Source: Podarcis tiliguerta (lineage: Eukaryota). Taken from it: DNA of 64,000 nt. Position numbers and translations under genes: made by a program. The notes beneath the pieces were generated by a model. That model was not told the origin of the DNA. It ran no database searches and saw nothing but the letters and a program-made list of their open reading frames with translations. The DNA lies in the NCBI GenBank assembly GCA_965153285.1, contig OZ229126.1. One strand, 5' to 3'. Below are positions 38,400 to 51,700 of the stretch, piece after piece (position 1 is the first letter of the stretch; the number at the start of each line of letters is the position of its first letter).

Positions 38400-41300
38400 C
38401 CTGCCCTCCCCAGCCAAGATCGGGCTCAGGGTGGCTAATACCAAGTATAAAACAATTGATTAAAATACAACTTGAAACAAGATTAAAATACAACATTAAA
38501 ATGCAGCCTCATTTCAGTAGAAACTCAAATCAAAAACTTTTTGGGGGATGAAAATGTCATCAAACCAAAGCAAAAGCAAGGCCCTGGGAGCATTGAAATG
38601 TCTTTTCCTATCATTCAAAAGATCAGTGCAGGTGCCAGGCGAGTCTTTTTGGAGAGGGCATTCCGCAGCCTAGGCGCCCCCACTGGAAAGGTCATCGGGG
38701 TGAATTCCTGGCAGCAGCTTCAGACCAGAGAAACTGAGAAGTGGTTGCCATCTTCAGGGAAGCTAGGTTCCCCACCCCAAGTGTAAGGGGAAAATAACAC
38801 CTCATGGTCTTCCTAAGTAGATTAGAGGAGTCATAAGCTGCAGATAGAGCCCGAGACCACAGTGAAGAAACATCATTATTTATTCAATTTGTATACTGTC
38901 CTTTATTAATGACACATTACAGAACATCAGTGATAAAAACATAATAAAAAGCATACTGGCAGACAGCCTAATAATAAAATAGTCATCATAATAACAGTCC
39001 TCCCCGCCCCCCCCCCCCCCCCCCCCCCGCATTTTTCCAGGCTGTGGGCCATAGCCATAGGCCTGGGTAAAGAGGAATGTTTTTGCCTGGTGCCTAAACA
39101 TGCGCTATCTCATCTCTCTCTCCCCCCACTTGCATCCTCCAAGCAGCTTGACAGGCAAACTGATAGCCCATGGCCTGTCTTTGCTATCCAGAGGGCTTAG
39201 GAGTCAAATTTGGCTGGACATAAATCTAAACATTTCCCCTTCCCAGCACTCATTCCCAAAAACACACTCTCATAGCCAGCACTAGGGGCCCAGGTTTTAT
39301 TATTGTGTGTTTAGCTCTGATCATGATTTGCCATTTTACAATAGGAACCTAAGCCAACAATAGAAATCTCGATTCAGCTTGAACTTGATGTTGATGTGAT
39401 GAGGGGAGAACCCAAACATGATATTTACAGCAGCTTCTCTGTTTGTTAACAGTGTTGTTGCTTTTGGAAATCTCTTTAAGCCAGAGCCCTCTCTGTAAGA
39501 AGGATTAACCCACTGTGGTGCCTTCTAGATCTTGTTGGGCAAACTCCCATTGGCTCCAGTTTCTGTGGCCATTGGTCAGGTAGGATGGGAGCTCGAGGGC
39601 ACCATGTTGGCTGCCTCATGTTGGCTGCCTTTAAGCTAGTTTGAAAGTCTGTGGCTCAAAATCTCCTCTTGTGCTTTGATTGCATAGGGTTCGTCCTTCA
39701 GTGAAAACAAGCACTTCCTTGGCATTGGCCAACCCCTAGTTACCCAAAGCTGTAACATCCCTTGCTTTATGAACAACCAATGCTGCTGCTGCTGCTGGGG
39801 TCCAATCATGGCTTTAGTTGCCTTAACTCCATCTTGCTTTAGTCCTTTTTTTAAAATGTGATGTTATCTGACTGTTTCCTTGGGGGCTTGGTGTCAGATG
39901 GCAAGAGTTGGGTCTGATCCAGCTCCCAGCCTCCTGTGCAAGCTGGAAGGGTTTTGTAACCCCCACCTCAACACAATTGGTGTGGGGGCTCTGACAGCCT
40001 CTCCTCTGCACCTCAATCACCTTCTCCCTTGCATAAGCACATGTGAAATGGGAGTGAGCCACTGAGGTGCATCAGGGGAACAGTCTCTAGTAGATAGTGG
40101 TGGGTGGTAACATATCTTGGCTGAGTTCTAAACATTGTCCTGCCGAAAACTTAACTGCTGACCAGGCTTTGGTATTGGCTGGAACAGCCATCATTTTGAG
40201 CAAATTGTGGTGTCTGCAAAAGCAGGCCTCTCATGTGAATGCAAGTATTCCTGGGAAGAGCTTGTGTGGGGTCCACCAGCAAGTGTGAACTGGCCCTAGT
40301 GTTCCAGCTTGTGTTTTCATACTTGCAAAGTTTCCTTTTATTCTGTCGTCCATTGTGAAGGCCTTTGGGTTTATACAATCAATTGACCACTTGTACCTGC
40401 AACTGAATGGGTGAATGTAGCCCATTGGTCAGGTGCTCTGTTTTGACCTACAGTGGCTTAATTCATCTGTGCAATATTGGTCCCCCCACAATTTGGTCAA
40501 CCTGCCCTCTGTCTCAAAGTCCCCATGAGGCCATGTCAGCTGGTATAAGAGGCTGGGAGCTTAGGGAGACCCATGGTGCATGATGGGAAGGAGTTGGGAA
40601 TTGGACTCAAGTTCTCCATTCCTCATTGGCTTTCCCTTCTGCCAGGAGCCGGCATTGGGCCCACCATCCAAATTGGTGAGGAGACGGTGATCACGGTGGA
40701 TGCCAAGGCTGCCGGGAAGGGCAAGGTGACTTGCACAGTATGCACTCCTGATGGCACAGAGGTGGACGTGGATGTGGTGGAAAATGAGGACGGCACCTTT
40801 GACATCTTCTACACGGCGCCCCAACCAGGCAAATATGTCATCTGTGTGCGCTTCGGAGGAGAGCACATTCCCAACAGTCCTTTCCAGGTTACGGTGAGTC
40901 TTGGGGTGACCAGGGAGCAGTATGTGGCCAGAGGTGTCTGGTTCAGCAAAGGGTTTAATGCCTAATGCGATTGTGGCTAGCACGGTGCTGATGCTGGAAG
41001 GCTCATACATGTGTGCTCATACAAGTCTTGTCCTGCGGTAGTTCTGCCTCCTTTAAATGAGTGATAATGGAACTTCCTGCCATACTGACTTAGAAGCCCA
41101 GAACTGTGGTGGTGAGATGATTTTACCTGAAAGAGCAGGGGCAGTATTAGCAAAGGAGTTTGGTCTTTGTTTTGGATACTTCTTGTGTGTCTGTCCCAAA
41201 ACTTGTGACATGTTAGATGCAACAGTCCTCCTGGCACTGAGTTCAGATCTAAGCCCTGGGCTACATCTGAGCTGGTTAACACAAATAAACATACATACAT

Positions 41301-44300
41301 ACATACATAGGAAGTGGGAGGTGAGTCCCCTTCTTAAAAAAAAAGCTCATGTGCGTTCTAGATCTGAGAATTACACATTCTGGGCTCTGCTTGTTTGCTC
41401 TAGGGTTGCATGTTCTGAATGGCAAAAATCAAAAATCCTGCAGAACGGAGGCTGTGGTCAGACTAATTGGGGTTGTTGGGGGTTTTTTAGAAGAAATTGC
41501 ATCCATGATCAGATTAGAAATATAGTGGTTGTTCCCCCTGTTCCCCCAAAATAGTGGGGGTCATAACAGCACAGGCAGAGGGAGAAGTTCTGTGCAGTGC
41601 AGCATAGCCTACAGAATGCTCCCAGCTGCCTTACACAAAAGCTGCTGAAAACTCCACCTCAGCCTCAGATTTTGCCACATTGCAGTCTTGGGGGCACATA
41701 TTATTTTAAACAGTTCATTGGTATGTCCAGTTTTATAACCTGCTGCTTTTTGAGGGGTGGGGGTATGGTAACTTCTGGGTAGGACTTGCTCTGTTTCTTG
41801 CCTTTAGGCACTCTTTGCAGGAGCAGACGCNNNNNNNNNNNNNNNNNNNNNNNNNNNNNNNNNNNNNNNNNNNNNNNNNNNNNNNNNNNNNNNNNNNNNN
41901 NNNNNNNNNNNNNNNNNNNNNNNNNNNNNNNNNNNNNNNNNNNNNNNNNNNNNNNNNNNNNNNNNNNNNNNNNNNNNNNNNNNNNNNNNNNNNNNNNNNN
42001 NNNNNNNNNNNNNNNNNNNNNNNNNNNNNNAGTCTGCGCACACCTGAGGTCACAGGAGGGCTTCCATGATGCATAGGCTTTGAAGTTTGAGGCATAGCAC
42101 CCAAGAGCTCCAGCTTTCCCCCTTCTTCTTCTTCAGGTGTCCACTCTATTGATGTGACTTACAACGGCAGCCCTGTGCCGAGCAGCCCCTTCCGGGTGCC
42201 AGTAACAGAAGGATGTGACCCCACAAGGGTTCGAGTGCATGGTCCTGGCATCCAAAGTGGGACCACCAACAAGCCCAACAAATTCACGGTGGAGACCAGG
42301 TAAAACTGGAGAGAGACCAAGGAGGATTGCTGTGCAAAGGGGCCTGAGAAGGGCATCGCCTCCTGGTTTGGGCAGCCGACCTTGCCTGCTCCCTTGGGAG
42401 GTGCAGCCCAGCCATCAAAAGAAGCTGTGCTAATCTGGAATGGGCAGGAAGGAGGTCATCTGCTATCCTCTAATGGATCACCTTGGTGACTGCTAGGAAT
42501 CTTGCAGGAATGCTGGGCTTTAATATGCAATAGCATAAAGTAAATTAAAAGTTTTGTGCGTTTTATAATATTGCAGGCTAAGCACCCTTAGTAAAGGTTT
42601 CATTCTTTTAGTGTTTTGAATCTTAGTTGCTTTTATGTGGTAAGTGACAAATGTAATAAATGTGAAAGGCATCTCTTTAATGAGATGAGATCCTGGCCAG
42701 CTTTTTGCGGTCACAGTAATGCAGCACTGAGCTAGTTAGAGAAGCAGCCTGGAAAATGAAGTCGGCTCCTAGCAGTAGCACTTGTAAAGGTGGAGAGAAC
42801 ATAAGAAAAAAATGCTCTCTCCATTGGGGTTCCTTTGCTTTGCATCGAATCTGCTTCCTTCAGGGCCCAAAGATTGGCGAGAAAGTGTGTTAAAAGTATA
42901 AGCAGGAAAACATGGTTGGAAGGACAGATAAGACTAGGCAGGCTGTGGTCTGATCCAGCCACCCAGGCAAAACAAGATAGCATACTTAAGCTACAACTAA
43001 TCCTTAAGGCAACCAAAATGGTTTCTTGCTCTGTGAATTTTAAATTTTTAAATTCATTGGCCTGTGGGGATTTTAGCTTTTTAAGAGTTCACACAAGATT
43101 CATTGGCCCACCCCAGAACTGTTCTTAATGGAAGCACTTCCACTTCCACTGCGCTTCTAAGTTGCTTGAACAGGAGCTTCCTGGTTCACTTCCTCAATCT
43201 TCTTTGCCTGAGGCAATGAGTCTGTGGCGACTGCCAACTATCACAGGCTTTGATATGTTGATCAATTGGGGCCTTTTAGAGTCAAAACTGGTTTCTTCTT
43301 CTACAGGGGTGCTGGTTCTGGTGGACTGGGCCTAGCTGTTGAAGGTCCCTCTGAAGCAAAGATGTCCTGCACTGACAACAAAGATGGCAGCTGTTCAGTG
43401 GAATACATTCCCTATGAACCTGGCACCTACAACCTCAACGTCACTTATGGTGGCCACCAAGTGCCAGGTACCGATTGGGGCTGCGTTGTGTGTGTGGCAG
43501 TGGTAGGCAGGAAGTGGCATGGGCAACTGATTTATAGGTTGGTGATGGTGGTATCTTCTGTCGCTCTTGGCATACATGGCCCTAGAGAGGGAGAGGGAGC
43601 CTCTGGCCCATGGTCCTAATGAGTTCTGGCAGGAGTCCTAATTTAGCCCACAATAGTTTTCCCTGAGTCCTGCCCACCTGCCATCATATTGCATTTGGTG
43701 TGAGGCAGGTAAAGATGCGGCTTCCTGCCTAAAGTGGGATTTGACTGAATTGCTGTTGGGGATTGCAATGTTTTGTGCCTTTGGCCAAGTGCTTTCTTTT
43801 GCACTGCCTGGGCAAAGGAAACACATTGCCAGCTGCCATGGTAACATCAGGTGATTGACACCTGGGTGGCCCTGCACACCTGCCAAAATGGCTGACAAGG
43901 TCTGGGTGACCTAGGGATCTGGTCCACTGACCGGAAAAGATTGCTCTTCCCTTGGCTCCACAATTCAATTGTTGCTCTTGATTTTTCACCACTTTGGTGT
44001 TTTCTTTTTTGCGGGCAGGGCACTGGTGGAAATTTAGGCTGCCTTTCTAGCCAAAAGAAAGGCATATAGTCCCATTAGGCTCTCCTGGTACCTAAATAAT
44101 GAAAGCAAGATTTCAAACTGCCCCAGGTTCCTTGGCCTAAATATTCCGCAAAAGAAGTTTATATCCATCTCTGTTTTGCGTTCTTGGTGCATTTCGTCAG
44201 CTCTCCTCTGAGCAATCTCCAGCAAAGCAGGACTGGGCTGGGCCTGCAGGATGGTGTAATGCTTAGTGTGGGGTCAAAGGCTGCGGACCGTAGGGCACAG

Positions 44301-47300
44301 GGGTGGGGGACCTGTGACTCCCCAACTCCCATCATTGCTGAGCATTTGTCATGCCGCCTGTGGCCCTTCCAGCTCTACAATTCTATGGTTTTATGATTGT
44401 ACGCTTCGCTTGAGTCCCCTGGAAGATCAAAGAGACAGGCAATTGGATTGCAAATAGGACTTGCTGGTTAGGAAAGTTGGCCTCCTGAAACACAAGCGCG
44501 GGTGGGACTCAAAAGCAAGAGACTTCTTTTAAAACTGCATTTGATGTAAGGAGTGTGTGCTTTACCTGAAACCCTGGAGTGGTTTCTGGGCTCAAATCCA
44601 ACCTTTTTCATCCCCTTCTCTCTCTCTTCATAGGGAGCCCCTTCAAAGTGCCTGTGCATGATGTGATAGATTCATCTAAAGTTAAATGTTCAGGCCCTGG
44701 CCTGACTCCAGGTGTTGTCAGAGCCAATGTCCCCCAGTCCTTCACGGTTGACACCAGCAAGGCAGGTGTGGCACCCCTCCAGGTCAAAGTTCAGGGCCCT
44801 AAAGGTAAGCAAATCTCGGCTTGACTAGACCAGTAGTGCCTTCCTGGGGCTTGGCCCTTCTCTCACCTGTTGAACTCTTCCTGCAGGAGTGGTGGAGCCT
44901 GTAGATGTGGTGGACAATGCTGACGGGACTCAGACCGCGAGCTACGTGCCAAGCCGGGAAGGCCCATACAGCATTGCTGTGCACTATGGAGATGAGGAGG
45001 TGCCCCGCAGGTATGGGTTGTGGATTGGCCGCAGCTTCTAGCCCCTCTGAGCCAAGGCAGAGACTCTAACAGTGATGGCTGCTTTTTGATATTTCCAAAG
45101 CTTCAGATGATTTCACCATTTACTAGAAATCCAGAGTGTTTGTAAACCCAGCACTTGAGAATCTGAGGCTTGGGGACTTATGTCCCCAACTAATGTTTTT
45201 AAAGTTTCATTGAACACGTTGGGCAAGTTGTTTGAGAGAGGGCCTCTGCAAATCTATTAAAGACTCCAATGTAATCCATGTAATCAATGTTGGAAGCAAA
45301 GCCTTATGCCACAGATCTTTTTGTCTCTTGCTGTTGACTGGCAAATTGTGTTAGAGCAAAAACTGGCACAAGACTTGAAAGCTTTTCCTGGAACACTGAG
45401 CCCAGTGTACAATGTCTTACACTTACCAGTTGTTTCTGCTGAATGTGCTGTCCTGTCAATGGGAACTTCTCATGGGTAGAGGATTCCCTCAGGCTGCAGT
45501 GGCCTCAGATTGCTATATAATGCCTTTATTTTGTGTAAGAGAAAGATGAACACCTGTGCAGCCTGGAATTGAGGGATGGGGGTGTGGCCATCTCTGTCAG
45601 TTGCCTAACATTAACAGAGGCACTTCTCTCCCTCCCTCTTTTATATGCTCACAGTCCATTCAAGGTTAAGGTTCTTCCCACACATGATGCCAGCAAGGTA
45701 AAGGCTAGTGGCCCAGGACTGAACACAACAGGTGTGCCAGCCAGCCTGCCTGTGGAGTTCACAATTGATGCCAAGGATGCTGGAGAGGGCTTGCTGGCCG
45801 TCCAGATCACCGTAAGTGGAACAATGTCCACAGGGGAGATGAATTCAGGTTGGGGGTTGTTGTGAGAAGGCCTTCAGGGCAGAGGGGTCGGTTCCACGGT
45901 AGATACTTGGGGGAGAAATGAATGGGAGATGATGTGGAAAATATGGGACAAGTCTGAAGGTACACATAAGCTGCAGTCAGGTGGACTGTGAGCTCCTTCA
46001 TTCAGTCACATGGTGGCACTGCCTTGTGGCAACATCTTCACTGATTTCTATAAGCCCTATGGTCACATAGCCATACTTGCTGTCCTGTACAGGAGTGGGA
46101 GCTTTGATAACATTTCCAAATGGCAGGAAACGCTGCTTTGTTCATTTTCCAGAGCTTTCTGCCCTTGACTCAGGCTACCCTTCTCATCCTATACTTAGAA
46201 GGGCCACCAATTCTGCACTTGGTGAGAGTCTCTTGACTCCTGAGTATCCCACTGCAGCAAGACGGTAGATTTCAGTACTCATTTTGAACCAGAGGTCTAT
46301 AGTGGTGGCAAGCCTTAAGCTGAGCTTGCATCTAAAGCACAACAAGGGTTTTGTGTAGGTCACTGACCAATTTCACAACTCCTCCTTGGTAATCCCAGTT
46401 TATTCATGCCTTGCTCAGCCCCCCCCCCCCTTTTAAACATAAAATGTCCTTTCAGTGCTTTCCTATGTAACAGCAAGAAATGCCCATGGCAGCAGCTGTC
46501 CTTCTTGTGCCATACTGGGTTCAAGTGGGTTTTCACTCATACAAATTCCTGTCAGATTCTCGTGACCATAACAACTTGGGGCAGGGACCTAGGTTTTGAA
46601 TGGCTGCTGCAGTTGCCGCCTCTTAACTTGAAATGCTTGCCTTCCTTCTAAACCCCCCTTCCTGGGCTGTGCCGTGGCCAGGATCCTGAGGGCAAGCCCA
46701 AAAAAGCCACCATCCGTGACAACCAAGATGGCACCTACACTGTGTCGTATGTCCCAGACATGACCGGCCGGTACACTATCCTCATCAAGTACGGTGGGGA
46801 TGAGATCCCCTACTCGCCATACCGCATCCGGGCCCTGCCCACTGGCGACGCCAGCAAGTGCACCGTCACAGGTGAGCGCTCCTCCCAGGTGAGGGTCTTG
46901 TGGGGGGGTGAGGGCTGCTGGAGGGTGGGGCGAGCCACGCTAAAATAATGCCACGCCCTCCCACCACATTGATTGCTTTTTGCCGGGCACATCCGGCCAC
47001 ACCGCTCACCCACCGTGGGGAGGGAAATGCCACATTGCCTACATTCTCCTGTGTTTTATTTTAATTGTGCACTGTTCCGTGTGATTCTTGTCTCACTCTG
47101 ATTACCCTTGCTCTTTGCCCTTTCACCTCAGTGTCGATTGGAGGTCATGGGCTAGGTAAGCAGCTTGCTAATGGCTTCCTTCCCCCACCCCAAGTATGCC
47201 TGCCTGCCTGCCTGCTCTCGCTGCTTCCTTTTCTGCTGCATGGTCTCACACTGGCATTGGGCTCCACCTCTGCCCCAGGTCAGAGAGGAGAGGGCAGCCA

Positions 47301-48719
47301 GGCTTCCCTGCCCAAAGGGCTGGTTGGACTGCTCCATCTGGAAGGGACCTCTTGTTCTCAAAGTAGGTGCCTGCTGAAAACTGGGTCAGTTGCTAACATA
47401 GAACTTCACAGAACCTGGATAAAAGCTGCCATTTCCCTGGTTAGGCTATAAAAGAAGCATATGTATTCCTTGGTCTGTTAAGACCTTGCCAGGACCAAAA
47501 TGATCAGGCGGGCGCTTAAAGTGCAGTGCCACTGATTAAAGCTTCTAGTTCAGGGATTGTCGGGGGGGGGGGGGGGAGGCTGTGGCACTTGCAGTGGTGC
47601 ACCTCCTCCCAGACATAGCCAGCATGGCCCAGTGGTCAGGGATGATGAGAACTGTAGTCCCCATATCTGAAGGGACACAGCCCTGCTTTAGTTGTTGTTT
47701 GTTTGGGGCTTTTAAAAAAATGATCTGCCCTGCGCTTGCTGCTAAACAAGAACTGTTTTCAGTAGCTCCCTTTGATACCTGCTCCACCTTCAGCAAACAT
47801 ATGATGAGTTTGAATGATAGGACTTGTGCCAGCATAAGGGAATGCCAGCTTTCCAAGTAGCGCACATGAAGGCAGTGGGGCCCGTACTTTGTCTTAACCC
47901 ATTATGGACTATTGAAATCAGTAGTGGCTCTTCAGGGGCCCAGGCAGAGGCCTTTTGCAGACCTGCTAGAGAAGCTGTTCCTTGAAGCAAAGATGCTAGG
48001 GGTCAAAACAGGGTCCTTCCTTCCTTTCTTTTTCATTTTTCAGTTTTTTACTTGCAGAGATGAGCCACTAGTTTGCACCTGCTGGAACATATTCACTTTT
48101 TGCTTCTTCCAGCAGGATAGGATTGCTGTGAACTAAGCCTCTGCTTCAGAGGCAGAAAAGAGGCAACTTTTGGGGAGGGGGAGGGAGAGCTGGCAGCCTT
48201 GCATTTTCTCCAACCCTAGCCATTGATAGGAAGCAAGGAGGTGGATCTGAATGTTAGTGGTGGGTTGGATTATGGCTGTCATGGTACATTTCCCCCTTCC
48301 ACCCCCTTCTCTCCACCCTCCCTGCCTCCCCAAATAGTCCTCTCCTACCCTTTGCCTCCATCTTCCATCTCCTGCTGTGCTTGCCTAATGAGGGGCGTGA
48401 GCTTGTGAATCAGGAAATGGATCAGGTACATGCATGTTTCTTAACTCTGGGGAAGGCTTCTGTCTACAGGCAGGCATGTTGCAAGCATTGTGGTGGCTCA
48501 GGTGACCACTTTAGGTTTGTGGGAGTCCTTGTTGATGTTGTCTTGGCTTTCCACAAGAAGTGTGCCTCAGAGGTCTGTATCAGGCACGTGAACAGATTTT
48601 GTTTGCCACATTTCTTTACTGTCAAATAGGTTGAAAACTCTGAGCAGTTCACAAGAATAAGGGGCTAAAACTGTAACACATAAAAATCTAAAACAACTAC
48701 AGAATAAATTATTATTATT

Positions 48720-48754
<35 letters not shown>

Positions 48755-51700
48755 CCTGCCCTCCCCAGCCAAGATCGGGCTCAGGGTGGCTAATACCAAG
48801 TATAAAACAATTGATTAAAATACAACTTGAAACAAGATTAAAATACAACATTAAAATGCAGCCTCATTTCAGTAGAAACTCAAATCAAAAACTTTTTGGG
48901 GGATGAAAATGTCATCAAACCAAAGCAAAAGCAAGGCCCTGGGAGCATTGAAATGTCTTTTCCTATCATTCAAAAGATCAGTGCAGGTGCCAGGCGAGTC
49001 TTTTTGGAGAGGGCATTCCGCAGCCTAGGCGCCCCCACTGGAAAGGTCATCGGGGTGAATTCCTGGCAGCAGCTTCAGACCAGAGAAACTGAGAAGTGGT
49101 TGCCATCTTCAGGGAAGCTAGGTTCCCCACCCCAAGTGTAAGGGGAAAATAACACCTCATGGTCTTCCTAAGTAGATTAGAGGAGTCATAAGCTGCAGAT
49201 AGAGCCCGAGACCACAGTGAAGAAACATCATTATTTATTCAATTTGTATACTGTCCTTTATTAATGACACATTACAGAACATCAGTGATAAAAACATAAT
49301 AAAAAGCATACTGGCAGACAGCCTAATAATAAAATAGTCATCATAATAACAGTCCTCCCCGCCCCGCCCCCCCCCCCCCCCCGCATTTTTCCAGGCTGTG
49401 GGCCATAGCCATAGGCCTGGGTAAAGAGGAATGTTTTTGCCTGGTGCCTAAACATGCGCTATCTCATCTCTCTCTCCCCCCACTTGCATCCTCCAAGCAG
49501 CTTGACAGGCAAACTGATAGCCCATGGCCTGTCTTTGCTATCCAGAGGGCTTAGGAGTCAAATTTGGCTGGACATAAATCTAAACATTTCCCCTTCCCAG
49601 CACTCATTCCCAAAAACACACTCTCATAGCCAGCACTAGGGGCCCAGGTTTTATTATTGTGTGTTTAGCTCTGATCATGATTTGCCATTTTACAATAGGA
49701 ACCTAAGCCAACAATAGAAATCTCGATTCAGCTTGAACTTGATGTTGATGTGATGAGGGGAGAACCCAAACATGATATTTACAGCAGCTTCTCTGTTTGT
49801 TAACAGTGTTGTTGCTTTTGGAAATCTCTTTAAGCCAGAGCCCTCTCTGTAAGAAGGATTAACCCACTGTGGTGCCTTCTAGATCTTGTTGGGCAAACTC
49901 CCATTGGCTCCAGTTTCTGTGGCCATTGGTCAGGTAGGATGGGAGCTCGAGGGCACCATGTTGGCTGCCTCATGTTGGCTGCCTTTAAGCTAGTTTGAAA
50001 GTCTGTGGCTCAAAATCTCCTCTTGTGCTTTGATTGCATAGGGTTCGTCCTTCAGTGAAAACAAGCACTTCCTTGGCATTGGCCAACCCCTAGTTACCCA
50101 AAGCTGTAACATCCCTTGCTTTATGAACAACCAATGCTGCTGCTGCTGCTGGGGTCCAATCATGGCTTTAGTTGCCTTAACTCCATCTTGCTTTAGTCCT
50201 TTTTTTAAAATGTGATGTTATCTGACTGTTTCCTTGGGGGCTTGGTGTCAGATGGCAAGAGTTGGGTCTGATCCAGCTCCCAGCCTCCTGTGCAAGCTGG
50301 AAGGGTTTTGTAACCCCCACCTCAACACAATTGGTGTGGGGGCTCTGACAGCCTCTCCTCTGCACCTCAATCACCTTCTCCCTTGCATAAGCACATGTGA
50401 AATGGGAGTGAGCCACTGAGGTGCATCAGGGGAACAGTCTCTAGTAGATAGTGGTGGGTGGTAACATATCTTGGCTGAGTTCTAAACATTGTCCTGCCGA
50501 AAACTTAACTGCTGACCAGGCTTTGGTATTGGCTGGAACAGCCATCATTTTGAGCAAATTGTGGTGTCTGCAAAAGCAGGCCTCTCATGTGAATGCAAGT
50601 ATTCCTGGGAAGAGCTTGTGTGGGGTCCACCAGCAAGTGTGAACTGGCCCTAGTGTTCCAGCTTGTGTTTTCATACTTGCAAAGTTTCCTTTTATTCTGT
50701 CGTCCATTGTGAAGGCCTTTGGGTTTATACAATCAATTGACCACTTGTACCTGCAACTGAATGGGTGAATGTAGCCCATTGGTCAGGTGCTCTGTTTTGA
50801 CCTACAGTGGCTTAATTCATCTGTGCAATATTGGTCCCCCCACAATTTGGTCAACCTGCCCTCTGTCTCAAAGTCCCCATGAGGCCATGTCAGCTGGTAT
50901 AAGAGGCTGGGAGCTTAGGGAGACCCATGGTGCATGATGGGAAGGAGTTGGGAATTGGACTCAAGTTCTCCATTCCTCATTGGCTTTCCCTTCTGCCAGG
51001 AGCCGGCATTGGGCCCACCATCCAAATTGGTGAGGAGACGGTGATCACGGTGGATGCCAAGGCTGCCGGGAAGGGCAAGGTGACTTGCACAGTATGCACT
51101 CCTGATGGCACAGAGGTGGACGTGGATGTGGTGGAAAATGAGGACGGCACCTTTGACATCTTCTACACGGCGCCCCAACCAGGCAAATATGTCATCTGTG
51201 TGCGCTTCGGAGGAGAGCACATTCCCAACAGTCCTTTCCAGGTTACGGTGAGTCTTGGGGTGACCAGGGAGCAGTATGTGGCCAGAGGTGTCTGGTTCAG
51301 CAAAGGGTTTAATGCCTAATGCGATTGTGGCTAGCACGGTGCTGATGCTGGAAGGCTCATACATGTGTGCTCATACAAGTCTTGTCCTGCGGTAGTTCTG
51401 CCTCCTTTAAATGAGTGATAATGGAACTTCCTGCCATACTGACTTAGAAGCCCAGAACTGTGGTGGTGAGATGATTTTACCTGAAAGAGCAGGGGCAGTA
51501 TTAGCAAAGGAGTTTGGTCTTTGTTTTGGATACTTCTTGTGTGTCTGTCCCAAAACTTGTGACATGTTAGATGCAACAGTCCTCCTGGCACTGAGTTCAG
51601 ATCTAAGCCCTGGGCTACATCTGAGCTGGTTAACACAAATAAACATACATACATACATACATAGGAAGTGGGAGGTGAGTCCCCTTCTTAAAAAAAAAGC

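Larger units (their letters stand above)
31676..41830 (+). repeat. Duplicated block, copy 1 (10155 bp)
   Basis: Matches 42031-52184 at offset 10355 (10354 after the poly-C tract near 39007); ends exactly at the gap. Confidence 0.97.
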